Shown in pieces: positions 9,401 to 18,960 of a stretch of DNA of 64,000 bases (its first letter is position 1; every line of letters begins with the position of its first letter). Source of the stretch: a virus (taxonomy: Duplodnaviria > Heunggongvirae > Uroviricota > Caudoviricetes). The position numbers and the translations under genes were made by a program. The stretch covers positions 55,392 through 119,391 of IMG/VR virus record IMGVR_UViG_3300036771_000024; one strand, given 5' to 3'. Under the pieces are notes generated by a model. The model was not told the origin of the DNA and searched no databases. It saw nothing but the letters and a program-made list of their open reading frames with translations.

Positions 9401-11966
9401 CGCGTCGAACCTGACCGACGACGTGAAAAACCTGTCGGTCGCGCTGGGGCAGAACCTGAACGACGCGATGTCGCAGGCTATCCTCCAGGCCACCGGCGGT
9501 CAGCAGGCGTTCGATGATTTCGCCAACGCGATGCTGAACACCAGGACTAACAGCGCGGCGCAGCAGAAGGCCGCCCTGGAGCTAGGTAATCAGCTCCTCG
9601 CGCTGACGGGGAACACGAAGGATGCGCACAAGGAATTCGACGCGTTCGCCATCCAGATGGGAATCAGCCGCGAGGATGCCGACAAGCTGTGGAGTGAGAT
9701 AGCGGGCAAGCTCACCCCGACGCTGGCCGAGCAGGCGACCAAGACCCTGCCGAACCTGAAGAACGCGTTCACCGACTGGGCGAAGAACGGCCTGAACTTC
9801 GGCAAGACGAAAGCCCATGACCTGTGGAACGAGATCACCACCAAGCTGGGCCCGAAGCTGGACGGCCTGGGTAACCTGGCTGCCGGTCCCGTCAAGCAGA
9901 AGTTCATCGACTGGGCGATCCACGGCCTGGGCCTGACACGGCAGCAGGCGATCAACCTGTGGAAAGAAGTGGACACCCTCCAGCAGCACATCGACGCGCT
10001 GCACGGCAAGGCTGTTGTCGTGGCCATGCGGGGTGACGGCTCGTACGTGATCCGCGGTACCAACCTCCAGTCCGCACCGGGGACAGGCGGGCCGAACGCG
10101 ATCTCCCGTGGCGCAGCCGAAGGCTGGTACGTCTCCGGTGGCACCCCGGGCAAGGACAGCGTTGCGGCGATGCTGATGCCAGGCGAGCTGGTCGTCCCCA
10201 CGAACATGGTCAACGCCGGGGTAGTCGACCACCTCCGCGGCAAGCTACCCGGGTTCGCTGGTGGCGGTGTCGCAGGCACCACGCCTAACCTGCATAAGAA
10301 CCCGCAGTTCGTTGACGGCATGTACTCGACGTTCAACAAGACGATGACCGCTGCGATGGTCTCGGCGATGCACGCATCACTGCGGGCGTCGGAGATAGCA
10401 GCGCTCGCAGCGGCGAAGGCTGCGGCTGCGGCTGCGGCCAAAGCATCCGCGGGTGTCCCTGGCGCGCTAGGAGGCCCGACCTCAGCGTCCGCGTCGCAGG
10501 CGCAGTCTTATGCGAGCGGCCGGCTCGGTGCGTACGGGTGGAGTGCCGGGCAGATGAGGCCGCTGATCCTGCTGTGGAACCAGGAGTCAGGCTGGAACCG
10601 GTTCGCCCGCAACCCTGGCAGCGGCGCGTACGGAATCCCGCAGGCACTCCCGCCCGGGAAGATGGGCTCGGCAGCTAACCCGCCCACCTCATCAGCAGCA
10701 GCGCAGATCAACTGGGGCCTGGGTTACATCAGGTCCGTCTACGGTTCACCGGCCGGTGCGTGGGCACACGAAATTGCCCACAACTGGTACGCGAAGGGTG
10801 GTCTCGTTCCCGGTTATGCTACTGGCGGGCTGGCCTCGAACCAGGCTGGTGAGCGCGCTAAGTACTTCGGTCTGACACATTCGGTCGCGATGGACCTGGC
10901 GCACGCCAAGACCGGCTCTTACACGTCCGGTCACCGTAAGACAATCATCAACGAGCTGGGCACGCTGGCGAAACGGCAGAAAACCGAGCTGTCAGCCTAC
11001 GGTGCTGCTGCCCGTCTGTCTAACGCCGCTAACCTGGGGCACCTTGCAGCCGCAGCGCATGCCGAGCAGCGCACAGCCTCAGACCAGGCGCTCACCCACG
11101 TGCACCCCGGGTGGGCGAAGGACCTGCGCATGTACCTGGGGCGGCTGGCAGCTACTAAGCCCTCGGCCAGCGGTGGAGGCGGAGGCAGCGGCGGAGGTGG
11201 AGGCGGGGGTAGCAGCGGCGGGAGCGGACCGGGTTACCCGGCGTGGAACCCGCCGAAGGTAACAGGAAGCGGTGGTGTCGCCGGGCTGCAAGCCAAGCTG
11301 AAGGACGTGGAACACCACGAGGGCCTGGACTACCTGGGTCTGCGTCACGCGTTTTTCGCCGGGCCGAAGAAATACCTGGACAAGACCACGCTGAGCGAAC
11401 TGGAGACGCTCCGGCAGCGGCAGGCCGCGTCGCAGACCGTGTTCTCGCTGCTGAACCGCAGCGCTGCTAACGTGTCCGACGTTAACCTCGCCAAGCTGGC
11501 CACGGTAGTCAAGGCGGAGGCAACGACGGTGACAGACAAGGCGCTGAACAGGCTCCCCGGAGGGCACCCCGGGTGGGCTCACGGATTGTGGCACTGGCTG
11601 GAGCAGCTCGGCGGGTTCGGCAAGGCCGGGGTGGCACCCTTCCTGCCCGGCGTCACCCACACGTTCGGCGGGGATGTCGGTAACACGATCGCCGAGTTCC
11701 TATCCTCGGTGATCAGCCCGCTGGGCCTGGCAGACGGCGGCATGGTCAGGTCGTATGACAAGGGCGGGTGGATGCCACCGGGACTGTCCATGTCGTACAA
11801 CGGCACGGGCAGGCCCGAACCTGTCGGCTCCCCGTCTAACGTGGTTGTCACGTTGCAGATCGACGCGGGCAGCAGTAACGCCGACCAGTTCCTCGCGGCG
11901 ATGATCAAGAAGTACGTGAAGGTAAGCGGTGGAGGTAACGTGCAGAAGGCTTTCGGGGCGCACTGA
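6465..11966 (+). CDS. tape measure protein
   Basis: 1833 aa, long coiled-coil-like N-terminal region, TM segments (aa ~320-370), Gly-rich linker SGGGGGSGGGGGGGSSGGSG, embedded region ESGWNRFARNPGSGAYGIPQALP resembling peptidoglycan-hydrolase motifs seen in actinophage TMPs; GGAG RBS. Confidence 0.9.
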   Translation: MARRLGEAFVSIEADASLFRPTAIAGMKKALAGVTGNIKITADMDPKRAEQGIAALKLRMEALSQILAKLRASVDTKSAEASVVKLQADLHGLAKSVSKITFQPDTRKLDAAIAKAQTELRGLMKDLSKVTLQADTTKLDTAIAKSKALLRSLERQASELQLDADVTKIDSKIANLNKETAVINKALGKMKADVDIDKALYRLYAIEAEIKLLNSDAKKIELIAKTNAINVQIAGVLKHIDDLGKEKADLAANTTIIKAQIADVHARIAALSQEKIDLTANIDTSVLLNAEQRMLGLEAATSKMAGTTKDATKASAGLQGIWTGGWLRGAILGVGIWHIALDGLLEIIIIVTASLIALAAGAAGLAESARNIATQMNSVRTASSALGQNIQPLTGKLDNLMKSMASRSIEIFGGGLNLIKNQAGGVLSRIEPVVSLFDTWVAKIDIWAAHNRDFGAAINSGRQFLEQLGKIIGILTNAISNLLQKDPGIAHFLLDFVQGAVLLLDAFSKLPRPIVEATLAIHGAYLWLRLLVALPILAFAKSLGILSAKQLESAGTALKFSNVVKFLATNPFGWATVAAITVGLLAWQLTQATGAAKSFIGSLETGLANASASQAISQISIDIGLLNAQIDRVPARVGNLELSVVGFASKAGTSFNNVSHDLNKGDINGALTDIARTAYNAVRAFFGFQSVGPQIKQTQNDVGKFREEIVHLSAEQTRLFHTTGTLVTGQNDLHLGTLSVSQAFALMDLAGVKASDSIDVQYQKVKNLVTGYNALSIRGGILKNSVNAITFAALQQQEKVGQLNSAWDTFFQTVTGGASGFLSFATQTIGLYSTLTTNGVKLASSNGKVHASLSGLAAGAQDTTISMTGLNLASINARQTFLQSAGAANTQIDNLTLLANAAGLGQKGTDLLTRATQDMVASLLPATGKSQELTDALFVLAQRGGYQGANSFKALSQWVSKTKNPMQDLDKITSTLTTDASNLTDDVKNLSVALGQNLNDAMSQAILQATGGQQAFDDFANAMLNTRTNSAAQQKAALELGNQLLALTGNTKDAHKEFDAFAIQMGISREDADKLWSEIAGKLTPTLAEQATKTLPNLKNAFTDWAKNGLNFGKTKAHDLWNEITTKLGPKLDGLGNLAAGPVKQKFIDWAIHGLGLTRQQAINLWKEVDTLQQHIDALHGKAVVVAMRGDGSYVIRGTNLQSAPGTGGPNAISRGAAEGWYVSGGTPGKDSVAAMLMPGELVVPTNMVNAGVVDHLRGKLPGFAGGGVAGTTPNLHKNPQFVDGMYSTFNKTMTAAMVSAMHASLRASEIAALAAAKAAAAAAAKASAGVPGALGGPTSASASQAQSYASGRLGAYGWSAGQMRPLILLWNQESGWNRFARNPGSGAYGIPQALPPGKMGSAANPPTSSAAAQINWGLGYIRSVYGSPAGAWAHEIAHNWYAKGGLVPGYATGGLASNQAGERAKYFGLTHSVAMDLAHAKTGSYTSGHRKTIINELGTLAKRQKTELSAYGAAARLSNAANLGHLAAAAHAEQRTASDQALTHVHPGWAKDLRMYLGRLAATKPSASGGGGGSGGGGGGGSSGGSGPGYPAWNPPKVTGSGGVAGLQAKLKDVEHHEGLDYLGLRHAFFAGPKKYLDKTTLSELETLRQRQAASQTVFSLLNRSAANVSDVNLAKLATVVKAEATTVTDKALNRLPGGHPGWAHGLWHWLEQLGGFGKAGVAPFLPGVTHTFGGDVGNTIAEFLSSVISPLGLADGGMVRSYDKGGWMPPGLSMSYNGTGRPEPVGSPSNVVVTLQIDAGSSNADQFLAAMIKKYVKVSGGGNVQKAFGAH

Positions 11967-14900
11967 TGGTTAACGCCCCCGCTCAGCTCGCAACAGCGAC
12001 CGGCCTGGGTGTTCAGCCTGGTATCGGGACCGGGCTGAACGCCAACGCGCAGCTTGCCTCTGCGCTGGGTGCGGCCGGGCTGCCCGCCACTAATGCCACG
12101 TCGCTGACGTTCCCCGCGAAGAACCTTCAGGCCCGGGTGGACCTGCTGCTGAACGGGGTGTGGACTGACATCACCCCGTTCGTGTACCAGCGGACCGGTA
12201 TCAACATCACGAACATGGGCCGGACCGACTGGAATTCCACCATCCAGGCCGCCCAGCTGACCATCACGGTGAACAACCGTGACGGCAGGTTCACGCCGAA
12301 ACTAGCCGCGGGCGCATATTTCCCGAATATAGTGAGGAACACGCAGATACGCGTGTTCCTCACCGTCACCTCGGTCACGGGTGTTTCTTATGCTGGGTTC
12401 CGGTTCTACGGTGAAGTCACCGAGTGGCCGGTCAACTGGGACGCCTCGCAGCGTGACATCGCCGTTGACATCGTGGCGTCGGGTATCTGGCGCAGGCTGT
12501 CGCAGCTCCAGACCTCTCTCGGGTCTGCGTACCGCAGGTTCAAGGTTAACACGACCGCTGCGACCGGGATGCGGTCCTACTGGCCCATGGAAGACGGCAC
12601 CGGGTCAGGCCAGATCGTCCCCTACGGGTCCGTCGCGGGCACGCAGAACGCCACCCAGCAGTTCGTGTCAGGCCAGGCGGGTCTCTCGTTCGCTTCGGTC
12701 GGCGCGTTCCACGGCAGCGATGACCTCGTGGGCCTGAACGGCGCGCTGATCACCGCTACCGTCCCCGCTGGCGGCACCCCGACGAACAACGTGACCCGGT
12801 TCGCGTTCTCCATCCCGCAGGCGGGTGACTCTGCCGCTGCCGGGGGGAACTGGAACCTGGTCGAGATCGACTCGGCCGGTACGGTCGCCAGGTTCGAGGT
12901 GTACGTGACCGGGACGACGAAGCTGATCATGCAGCTCCGTAACTCCGGTGGTGCCCTGCTCGCCCAGGGGACCACGAGTACGCTGGTGAACGGCACCCCG
13001 TACCTGGCTTCGTGTGAGCTGACCCCCTCCGGGGGTACGATCAACTTCGCGTTCCGCATCATCCAGCAGGGCGCTTCGGGTATCACCGAATCCATGACCG
13101 GTTCGCTGACCGGGACCATCGGGCAGATCAGCAAAGTGGTCGTGTCCCGCGCGTTCCAGCTGTCCGACACCGGGTTCGGGCACCTGTCCGTCGCATACGG
13201 TGCGCCCACGTCCCTGGTGCAGGAAGCGTACGTGCTGAACGGGTACCTGGGTGAGTTTGCTCTCGACCGGTTCAAAAGGCTGTGCGGTGAGCTGGGCATC
13301 ACTGCCAGCACGATCGGTTCGTCCGCGTCGTCAGCACCCATGGGCCCCCAGGTTGACGACACGTTCGCGAACGTGATGCAGTCGATCGAAGACACCGACT
13401 GCGGGCTGCTGTACGAGCTGCGTGACCAGTTCGGCCTCGGGTACCGGACCAACGCGTCGATGGCGAACCAGCAGATCCAGTTCACCCTGGACTACTCAGC
13501 GAAAACCATCGACCCGAGCCTGGCACCGTCGTACGACGACCAGCTCACCAAGAACAACGTCACGATCAGCAACTGGTCGGGATACACGCAGCAGGCGATC
13601 CTGACGGCGGGTCCCATGAGCGTGCTGAACCCGCCCAGCGGCATCGGCAACGGGTACAACTACACCCGGTCCGTGAACGCGGCGAACGACAATCAGGTAC
13701 CGGGGATAGCGAATTTCATCCTGAACGTGGGATCGGTCGATGAGATCCGGTTCCCGGTCGTGACCGTGAAGATGATCCGGTCGCAGCTCGCGAATAACTA
13801 CTCGGCTATCCCCAACGCTGACATCGGGGACTACTTCCAGATCACGAACCCCCCGTCGTTCCTGACCACCACGGTGATCCGGCAGCTGATGTGGGGGTAC
13901 GCGGAGACGCTGAACGCCCGGGAGTGGACGTTCCAGTTCAACACGGTCCCCGAGACACCATGGGAAGTCGGGTTCTCCCCGGGTACGATCCAGACCGCTC
14001 AGATCCCGGGTGGCAGCCCCGTCTCCTCGCAGGCGCAGGGTTCGCTGGGCCTGGCTAGCCTGATCGCGAACGGGTCCCTCACACCGGCGATGCTGTCCAA
14101 CGGGATCACCGTCCACACCCTGGGCGGGAACGCGATCACGATCTCCGCATCAGCCCCGGTAGCACCCAACGTTAACGACATCTGGATCGCGTCTGCGACG
14201 GGCCTGATCAGCCAGTGGAACGGGTCCGCGTGGATACCGTTCAAGTTCGACGCGTCCCAGACGATCATCGCGGGAACGATCGTCACCGCGAACATCGCCG
14301 CCTCGGCTATCACGTCGTCCCTGATCGCCGCTGGTACGGTTGTCGCCGGGATCGTGGACGCGACACAGGTGAAAGCAGCCGAGTATGACGCGTTCAACAC
14401 TACCGGCCAGTTCTTCGCCTACGACACGTCCACCCCCACCACGGGGCACCTGACCACCTCTATCGCCGGGGGTTCCGGCACTGACACGGCCAGCAACGCC
14501 TTCCCCAAGGGGCTGATGTCGCAGCAGCTCACCCTGGTTAACCAGGGCAGCGTCCCGTCTGCCTTCTCGGGTGCCTCGGTGCTGTACACGTCGTCATCCG
14601 ACCGGCTGCGTTATCTCAGCTCCTCCGGTAACGACCTGGTTCTCGACAGGTCCGTGCTGGAAAACACCACCCATTCGATGAACACCCAGACCCTCGCGAC
14701 GATCATGTCCGGCACCCTGAGCTACCTGGCGAACGAAGGACAGGTCGGGTCCGAGTATGAAGTCGAGATCGACGGGACGTTCACGTCGCCCAGCGGTCAC
14801 ACGGCTGTATACAACCACAGTTTCTTCATCGACGGGGCGGGCACCGGGATCAACAACGTCACGTACGGCGCTGTGTTCACATCGGCCCTGCTGACGATCG

Positions 14901-15208
14901 CCTACCACCTCCGGTGGACCCTGACTGTCAACACGACCGGGGCGGGCGGCTCATGCAACATCGAGGCTTCCGGTGGTGCGTCCATCCAGTTCGACAACGG
15001 CGTCCAGTTCAACCTGGGAAACTCCTCCCCTGTCCGCAGCGGTGGCGGTGGCGGGCAGGGTGCGGTCGCGATCAACCAGATCAGCACCGGTGTCGCTTTC
15101 GACACGACCGCGAACCACAGCTTGGCGATCTACGGTAACTGGGGTGCGACCACCGGCACCGGGCACAGCGCCATCACGTACCGCACCAAGAAAACACGGA
15201 GGAACTAA
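11966..15208 (+). CDS. minor tail protein (distal tail/baseplate-type, 1080 aa)
   Basis: ATG overlaps TMP stop (TGATG); large protein immediately after TMP; Gly-rich patch near C-terminus. Confidence 0.7.
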   Translation: MVNAPAQLATATGLGVQPGIGTGLNANAQLASALGAAGLPATNATSLTFPAKNLQARVDLLLNGVWTDITPFVYQRTGINITNMGRTDWNSTIQAAQLTITVNNRDGRFTPKLAAGAYFPNIVRNTQIRVFLTVTSVTGVSYAGFRFYGEVTEWPVNWDASQRDIAVDIVASGIWRRLSQLQTSLGSAYRRFKVNTTAATGMRSYWPMEDGTGSGQIVPYGSVAGTQNATQQFVSGQAGLSFASVGAFHGSDDLVGLNGALITATVPAGGTPTNNVTRFAFSIPQAGDSAAAGGNWNLVEIDSAGTVARFEVYVTGTTKLIMQLRNSGGALLAQGTTSTLVNGTPYLASCELTPSGGTINFAFRIIQQGASGITESMTGSLTGTIGQISKVVVSRAFQLSDTGFGHLSVAYGAPTSLVQEAYVLNGYLGEFALDRFKRLCGELGITASTIGSSASSAPMGPQVDDTFANVMQSIEDTDCGLLYELRDQFGLGYRTNASMANQQIQFTLDYSAKTIDPSLAPSYDDQLTKNNVTISNWSGYTQQAILTAGPMSVLNPPSGIGNGYNYTRSVNAANDNQVPGIANFILNVGSVDEIRFPVVTVKMIRSQLANNYSAIPNADIGDYFQITNPPSFLTTTVIRQLMWGYAETLNAREWTFQFNTVPETPWEVGFSPGTIQTAQIPGGSPVSSQAQGSLGLASLIANGSLTPAMLSNGITVHTLGGNAITISASAPVAPNVNDIWIASATGLISQWNGSAWIPFKFDASQTIIAGTIVTANIAASAITSSLIAAGTVVAGIVDATQVKAAEYDAFNTTGQFFAYDTSTPTTGHLTTSIAGGSGTDTASNAFPKGLMSQQLTLVNQGSVPSAFSGASVLYTSSSDRLRYLSSSGNDLVLDRSVLENTTHSMNTQTLATIMSGTLSYLANEGQVGSEYEVEIDGTFTSPSGHTAVYNHSFFIDGAGTGINNVTYGAVFTSALLTIAYHLRWTLTVNTTGAGGSCNIEASGGASIQFDNGVQFNLGNSSPVRSGGGGGQGAVAINQISTGVAFDTTANHSLAIYGNWGATTGTGHSAITYRTKKTRRN

Positions 15209-15210
15209 CC

Positions 15211-15849
15211 GTGGACGAGGTTGTCGTCGCCTACCTGCACGGCGACACGGTAAAAGCGGAATTCGCCCAGTCGCTGCTGATCATGTGCCTGGAAACGGAC
15301 GTGCCGGTCACCTCGGTGGTGGCGGTCTCGTCCGGGCCGAACCTTTCCGCGGGCCGCAACATGATCTGCCGCCTGTTTCTGACACAGCATGAATCACAGT
15401 GGCTGTTCATGTGCGACACCGACATGGTTTTCCCCTCTGACACCCTGGACCGGCTGATAGCAGCAGCGGACCCCGTTGAACGGCCCGTCCTCGGTGGGTT
15501 CTGCCAGCGGCTCACCCTGCAAGGCCAGCCCAGCCCGACCTTGTTCCAGTTCGTGTCAGGCAGGGACGGTGCGGTGTATCCCGTGACCTACCCTCGGTGG
15601 CCCGACAACGCCGTGTTCCGGGTGGAGGGGACGGGTGCTGCGTGCCTGCTCATCCACCGGTCCGTGCTAGAGGCCGTTGAGAAGAACACGGGGGACCGGT
15701 CAGCCCCTTGGTTCCGTGAGAGTGACTGCGCCCCGGGTCTGCTGCTCGGTGAGGACCTGACGTTCTGCCTGCGGTGCGCCTCGGCGGGCATCCCCGTGCA
15801 CGTCCACACCGGGATCAGGGTGGGGCACGTGAAGAAACAGATCATCTAG
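15211..15849 (+). CDS. GT2-family glycosyltransferase
   Basis: GT-A signatures: CDTDM (DxD-like), GEDLTFCLRCASAGIPV; 212 aa; directly follows minor tail gene. Confidence 0.6.
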   Translation: MDEVVVAYLHGDTVKAEFAQSLLIMCLETDVPVTSVVAVSSGPNLSAGRNMICRLFLTQHESQWLFMCDTDMVFPSDTLDRLIAAADPVERPVLGGFCQRLTLQGQPSPTLFQFVSGRDGAVYPVTYPRWPDNAVFRVEGTGAACLLIHRSVLEAVEKNTGDRSAPWFRESDCAPGLLLGEDLTFCLRCASAGIPVHVHTGIRVGHVKKQII

Positions 15850-15857
15850 GAGGCAAC

Positions 15858-16196
15858 ATGCCTGTAGGCGCAGTGATTGGCAGCAGTCAGGTAGACAATA
15901 TCCTCAGCGCACTCGCCGTGCAGCTCCGCGACTCATGCCGCCAGATTTACAACCTGAACCTCGCGGTCAACGGGCAGGCGACCGGGCTCGCGTACCTGGT
16001 ATCCATCGGGTACAGTAACGTGGCGAACCCGGCGAACCCGGGTGGTATCAGCGACGCGCAGCTAGCCCTGAACATGATCGCCGTGCTGAACACGATGGCG
16101 GGCTTGTACTTCGGGACCGCGACGCAGGCGACGACTTTCAATTTCGACCAGCAGCTCTCCCAGCTCTGGGCTGGCCGTGTAGCATCCGGGTTCTGA
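15858..16196 (+). CDS. hypothetical protein
   Basis: ATG with GGAGG RBS; 113 aa. Confidence 0.5.
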   Translation: MPVGAVIGSSQVDNILSALAVQLRDSCRQIYNLNLAVNGQATGLAYLVSIGYSNVANPANPGGISDAQLALNMIAVLNTMAGLYFGTATQATTFNFDQQLSQLWAGRVASGF

Positions 16197-16198
16197 TC

Positions 16199-16729
16199 TT
16201 GGACGTGGTGACGATCATCACGACGGCAGCCGCGTTCATCGGTGCATGCGTCGGCGTGTCCGCGTACTTCTGGACACGTTCCGAGGCCGCCAGGCAGCGA
16301 CGTGAATCAGACGCGAAACAAGACGAGATAGGCCAGTCGGCGCTGAGGATCGCCACCGAGACTCAGGCCAAGGTGGACCGGGAGGTGCCCCGGCTATGGA
16401 ATGCGATAGCAGAACAGCAACATCACACTGGGATCCTGGAAACCAAGATGGAGGTTTTCTGGAGGAATATGGCGGTCGACGTGGCTAACGTGCTGCACAG
16501 CCCGCATGAGGGGTGGCGCGGGTTGGATATACTGCTAGAGAAGTTCCGCGACGAGACCATCACGGATACCGAGATGAGCGATCTGACCGCGATGCTGCGG
16601 ATGATCGTGGACGGCTCGTTCGCGGAGCTGATGACGGTCTCGCGCGCCGACCAGGTAGCCGCGTCGCTGCTGCTACGAGCTATCGAAGTGACACGGGGGA
16701 CCGTTAATGCCGGAACAGGCCAAGAGTGA
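16199..16729 (+). CDS. membrane protein (N-terminal TM helix)
   Basis: 176 aa; hydrophobic IITTAAAFIGACVGVSAYFW segment. Confidence 0.45.
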   Translation: MDVVTIITTAAAFIGACVGVSAYFWTRSEAARQRRESDAKQDEIGQSALRIATETQAKVDREVPRLWNAIAEQQHHTGILETKMEVFWRNMAVDVANVLHSPHEGWRGLDILLEKFRDETITDTEMSDLTAMLRMIVDGSFAELMTVSRADQVAASLLLRAIEVTRGTVNAGTGQE

Positions 16730-17090
16730 ACTACAGCACATCGTTGACGAGATCACAGGGTACCGCCGGCGCACCCGCGTCTATTACATCGCCGTCAGTT
16801 TCGTCGCTGTCCTGGCCATCGCCATCGGTGTTCTCGTGTTCTTCCTGAACAGGCACGACAACACCACGCAGAACGCCATATCCGAGCAGATCCACCAGTC
16901 CCAGCTGGATAACTGCGCCACGGCCAACAGGAACCGGATCAAGGACGAGCAGCTGTGGAGGACTTTCATCAAACTGGTCGCACCCCACCCGGACGCGAAC
17001 GCCCGGGCGATCGAAGCGCAGTTCTTCCCCATCCTGCACGCTAAGGACACCCCGGTGAACTGCGTGAAGGTTTACCCGCCGCTAAAGTGA
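16707..17090 (+). CDS. membrane protein (single TM)
   Basis: 127 aa; YYIAVSFVAVLAIAIGVLVFFL TM segment. Confidence 0.45.
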   Translation: MPEQAKSELQHIVDEITGYRRRTRVYYIAVSFVAVLAIAIGVLVFFLNRHDNTTQNAISEQIHQSQLDNCATANRNRIKDEQLWRTFIKLVAPHPDANARAIEAQFFPILHAKDTPVNCVKVYPPLK

Positions 17091-17097
17091 GGTTACG

Positions 17098-17373
17098 ATG
17101 GCCGCTCCGGTCGAACGGAAAGTCCAGGCATCCACGGGTATCGCCGCAGTATCAGGAATGGTGCTGTGGGTGCTGGGGAAGTACGTGTTCAAGGGGGTCG
17201 TGCCTGACGTGCTCGCATCATGGGTGTACGTCCTGGTCCCCGGCGTGCTGACATTCGTGGCGGGTTACTTCACGAAGCACACCTCCCGCCCCGGACCACC
17301 TGCCGCCCTGCCGATGACGGTCACGTACAGCGGTGTTGTCCCGCCCACGACCAGCACGGGGAGCACGCCATGA
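17098..17373 (+). CDS. holin-like small membrane protein (2 TM)
   Basis: 91 aa, two hydrophobic helices, position just upstream of putative lysin. Confidence 0.4.
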   Translation: MAAPVERKVQASTGIAAVSGMVLWVLGKYVFKGVVPDVLASWVYVLVPGVLTFVAGYFTKHTSRPGPPAALPMTVTYSGVVPPTTSTGSTP

Positions 17374-17903
17374 CGGACAAGGTACGCCCCGGCACGGTCC
17401 TGTGCGTCCGGTCGTCCGGTTTCGCCGGTTTCATGATCCGGTTCGGGTCAGCGTTCCGTGACAAGCCCAACTTGCAGAACCACGTCGCTGTCGCCCACCA
17501 CACCGACGAGCATGGCACCCTGTGGTGCATCGAGGGACGCCCCGGCGGGGTCGGGTGGCGTGACGCCACCACGTACATGCAGTCACCGTGGACCCTGACG
17601 AACGCCGGGCAGCCGTTCACCGACGCTCAGGGCCTGCTGATAGCGAAGAATATGGAGGCCCTGCTCGGCACCAAGTACGACTGGGATTCTATCGCCGCTG
17701 ACGCCCTGTCGGACCTGGGGATGCACCTGCCGGGGTGGGATTCCAAGTGGAAGGGCCTCGTCGCCGGTCAGGTCGTTTGCTCGTCGGCTGCGTCGTACTC
17801 ATACGGTAAGGCGTCCGTGGCTCACCCTGCCGGGGACCGTGGCACCCAGCCGTCCGACTGGTCCCAGTGGATCCTCACGAAAAGCTGGGAGAAACAAGCC
17901 TAG
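17370..17903 (+). CDS. putative endolysin-type cysteine peptidase
   Basis: ATG overlapping upstream stop; Cys (VLCVRSSGF) followed by His cluster (VAVAHH) suggestive of papain-like/CHAP fold; followed by terminator. Confidence 0.3.
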   Translation: MTDKVRPGTVLCVRSSGFAGFMIRFGSAFRDKPNLQNHVAVAHHTDEHGTLWCIEGRPGGVGWRDATTYMQSPWTLTNAGQPFTDAQGLLIAKNMEALLGTKYDWDSIAADALSDLGMHLPGWDSKWKGLVAGQVVCSSAASYSYGKASVAHPAGDRGTQPSDWSQWILTKSWEKQA

Positions 17904-17914
17904 TTACCGGACAG

Positions 17915-17953
17915 TAGACCGCCCCGCAGGCTCCCTGCGGGGCGGTTTTTTCA
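17915..17953 (+). terminator. rho-independent terminator
   Basis: CCGCCCCGCAGG-CTC-CCTGCGGGGCGG hairpin followed by TTTTTT. Confidence 0.65.
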
Positions 17954-18112
17954 TGCCCGTCCTGAGCCGCCGTGATTCACATACACCCTCTGACCAGGCT
18001 GATTCACGGCCTATCGGGTGAATCGCAAAGACTCATAACGAACTGATGACAGCAACTAGACAGCCGTAGTACGTTTCGCTTCGGGAACCCTACTCCAAGG
18101 AGGAATCCCCGA

Positions 18113-18949
18113 GTGAAACGGAAACTGACGTGCGCGTTCACGCTCGCCGTCACCATCTTCTCGGTGGTTACCCTGACCACCGCGTTTTACACGCCGCCAG
18201 CGGCAGCAGCCCCGGCCAGGCCAGTCCCGGTCGTAGCGGCTAAAGCCCCGGTGACACCCCTGCTTGCCGTGGCGCTGGCCGCATCCAGGTACCTGGTCCG
18301 CTCAGGTGACAGCCTGTCAGTCATCGCTGTCCGGTACTGCGGGCACGCGAACGACTGGACCGGTATCTACGAGCAGAACAGGCACAGCATCGGGTCGAAC
18401 CCGAACCTGATCCTGCCAGGACAGGTTCTCTCTATCGGCCGGTGCACAGACCCGCCGAAGCTGCTCCGCCTGGGCAGCGTCCAGCCGCACCCCCACGTGG
18501 CCCCTCACGCCACCCTGCACCGCGCTGCCAGCGGCAAGGTATGGAAAGTGACGTACGGGTACCCGTACAAGTGCGGTGACGGAGACAACGACGGGTGGGA
18601 CGTGGCCTGCACGGCACGCACCGCCCTGCCAGTACGCCACCAGGGCAGCACCAGGCAGGTCTACCACGCCACGTACAGCGGTTCAGGGGTGTACTCCTAC
18701 GGTGGCCTGGAGGCGCTGTGGGTGTCCGCTGGGGGACCAGCGTGGGCGGCAGCGCACGCAGCGTCGATCGCTGAATGCGAATCCGGCGGGAACGTCGGCG
18801 CGCACAACCCGTCCGGTGCTACCGGCCTGTGGCAGATCCTCGGAGCTGTCGTGGGCGGGAGCCTGTACAACCCGTACGTGAACGCCGCTAACGCCGTGTC
18901 GAAGTTCAGGGCCAGCGGTGACACGTTCGCTCAGTGGGTGTGCCAGTGA
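18113..18949 (+). CDS. secreted LysM-domain protein with C-terminal Rpf-like lytic transglycosylase domain
   Basis: Signal peptide; LysM (YLVRSGDSLSVIAVRY...ILPGQVLSI); AECESGGNVGAHNPSGATGLWQI matches Rpf/transglycosylase-like catalytic Glu motif; AAGGAGGA RBS after 160-nt intergenic. Confidence 0.7.
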   Translation: MKRKLTCAFTLAVTIFSVVTLTTAFYTPPAAAAPARPVPVVAAKAPVTPLLAVALAASRYLVRSGDSLSVIAVRYCGHANDWTGIYEQNRHSIGSNPNLILPGQVLSIGRCTDPPKLLRLGSVQPHPHVAPHATLHRAASGKVWKVTYGYPYKCGDGDNDGWDVACTARTALPVRHQGSTRQVYHATYSGSGVYSYGGLEALWVSAGGPAWAAAHAASIAECESGGNVGAHNPSGATGLWQILGAVVGGSLYNPYVNAANAVSKFRASGDTFAQWVCQ

Positions 18950-18960
18950 TACGCCGGGTT

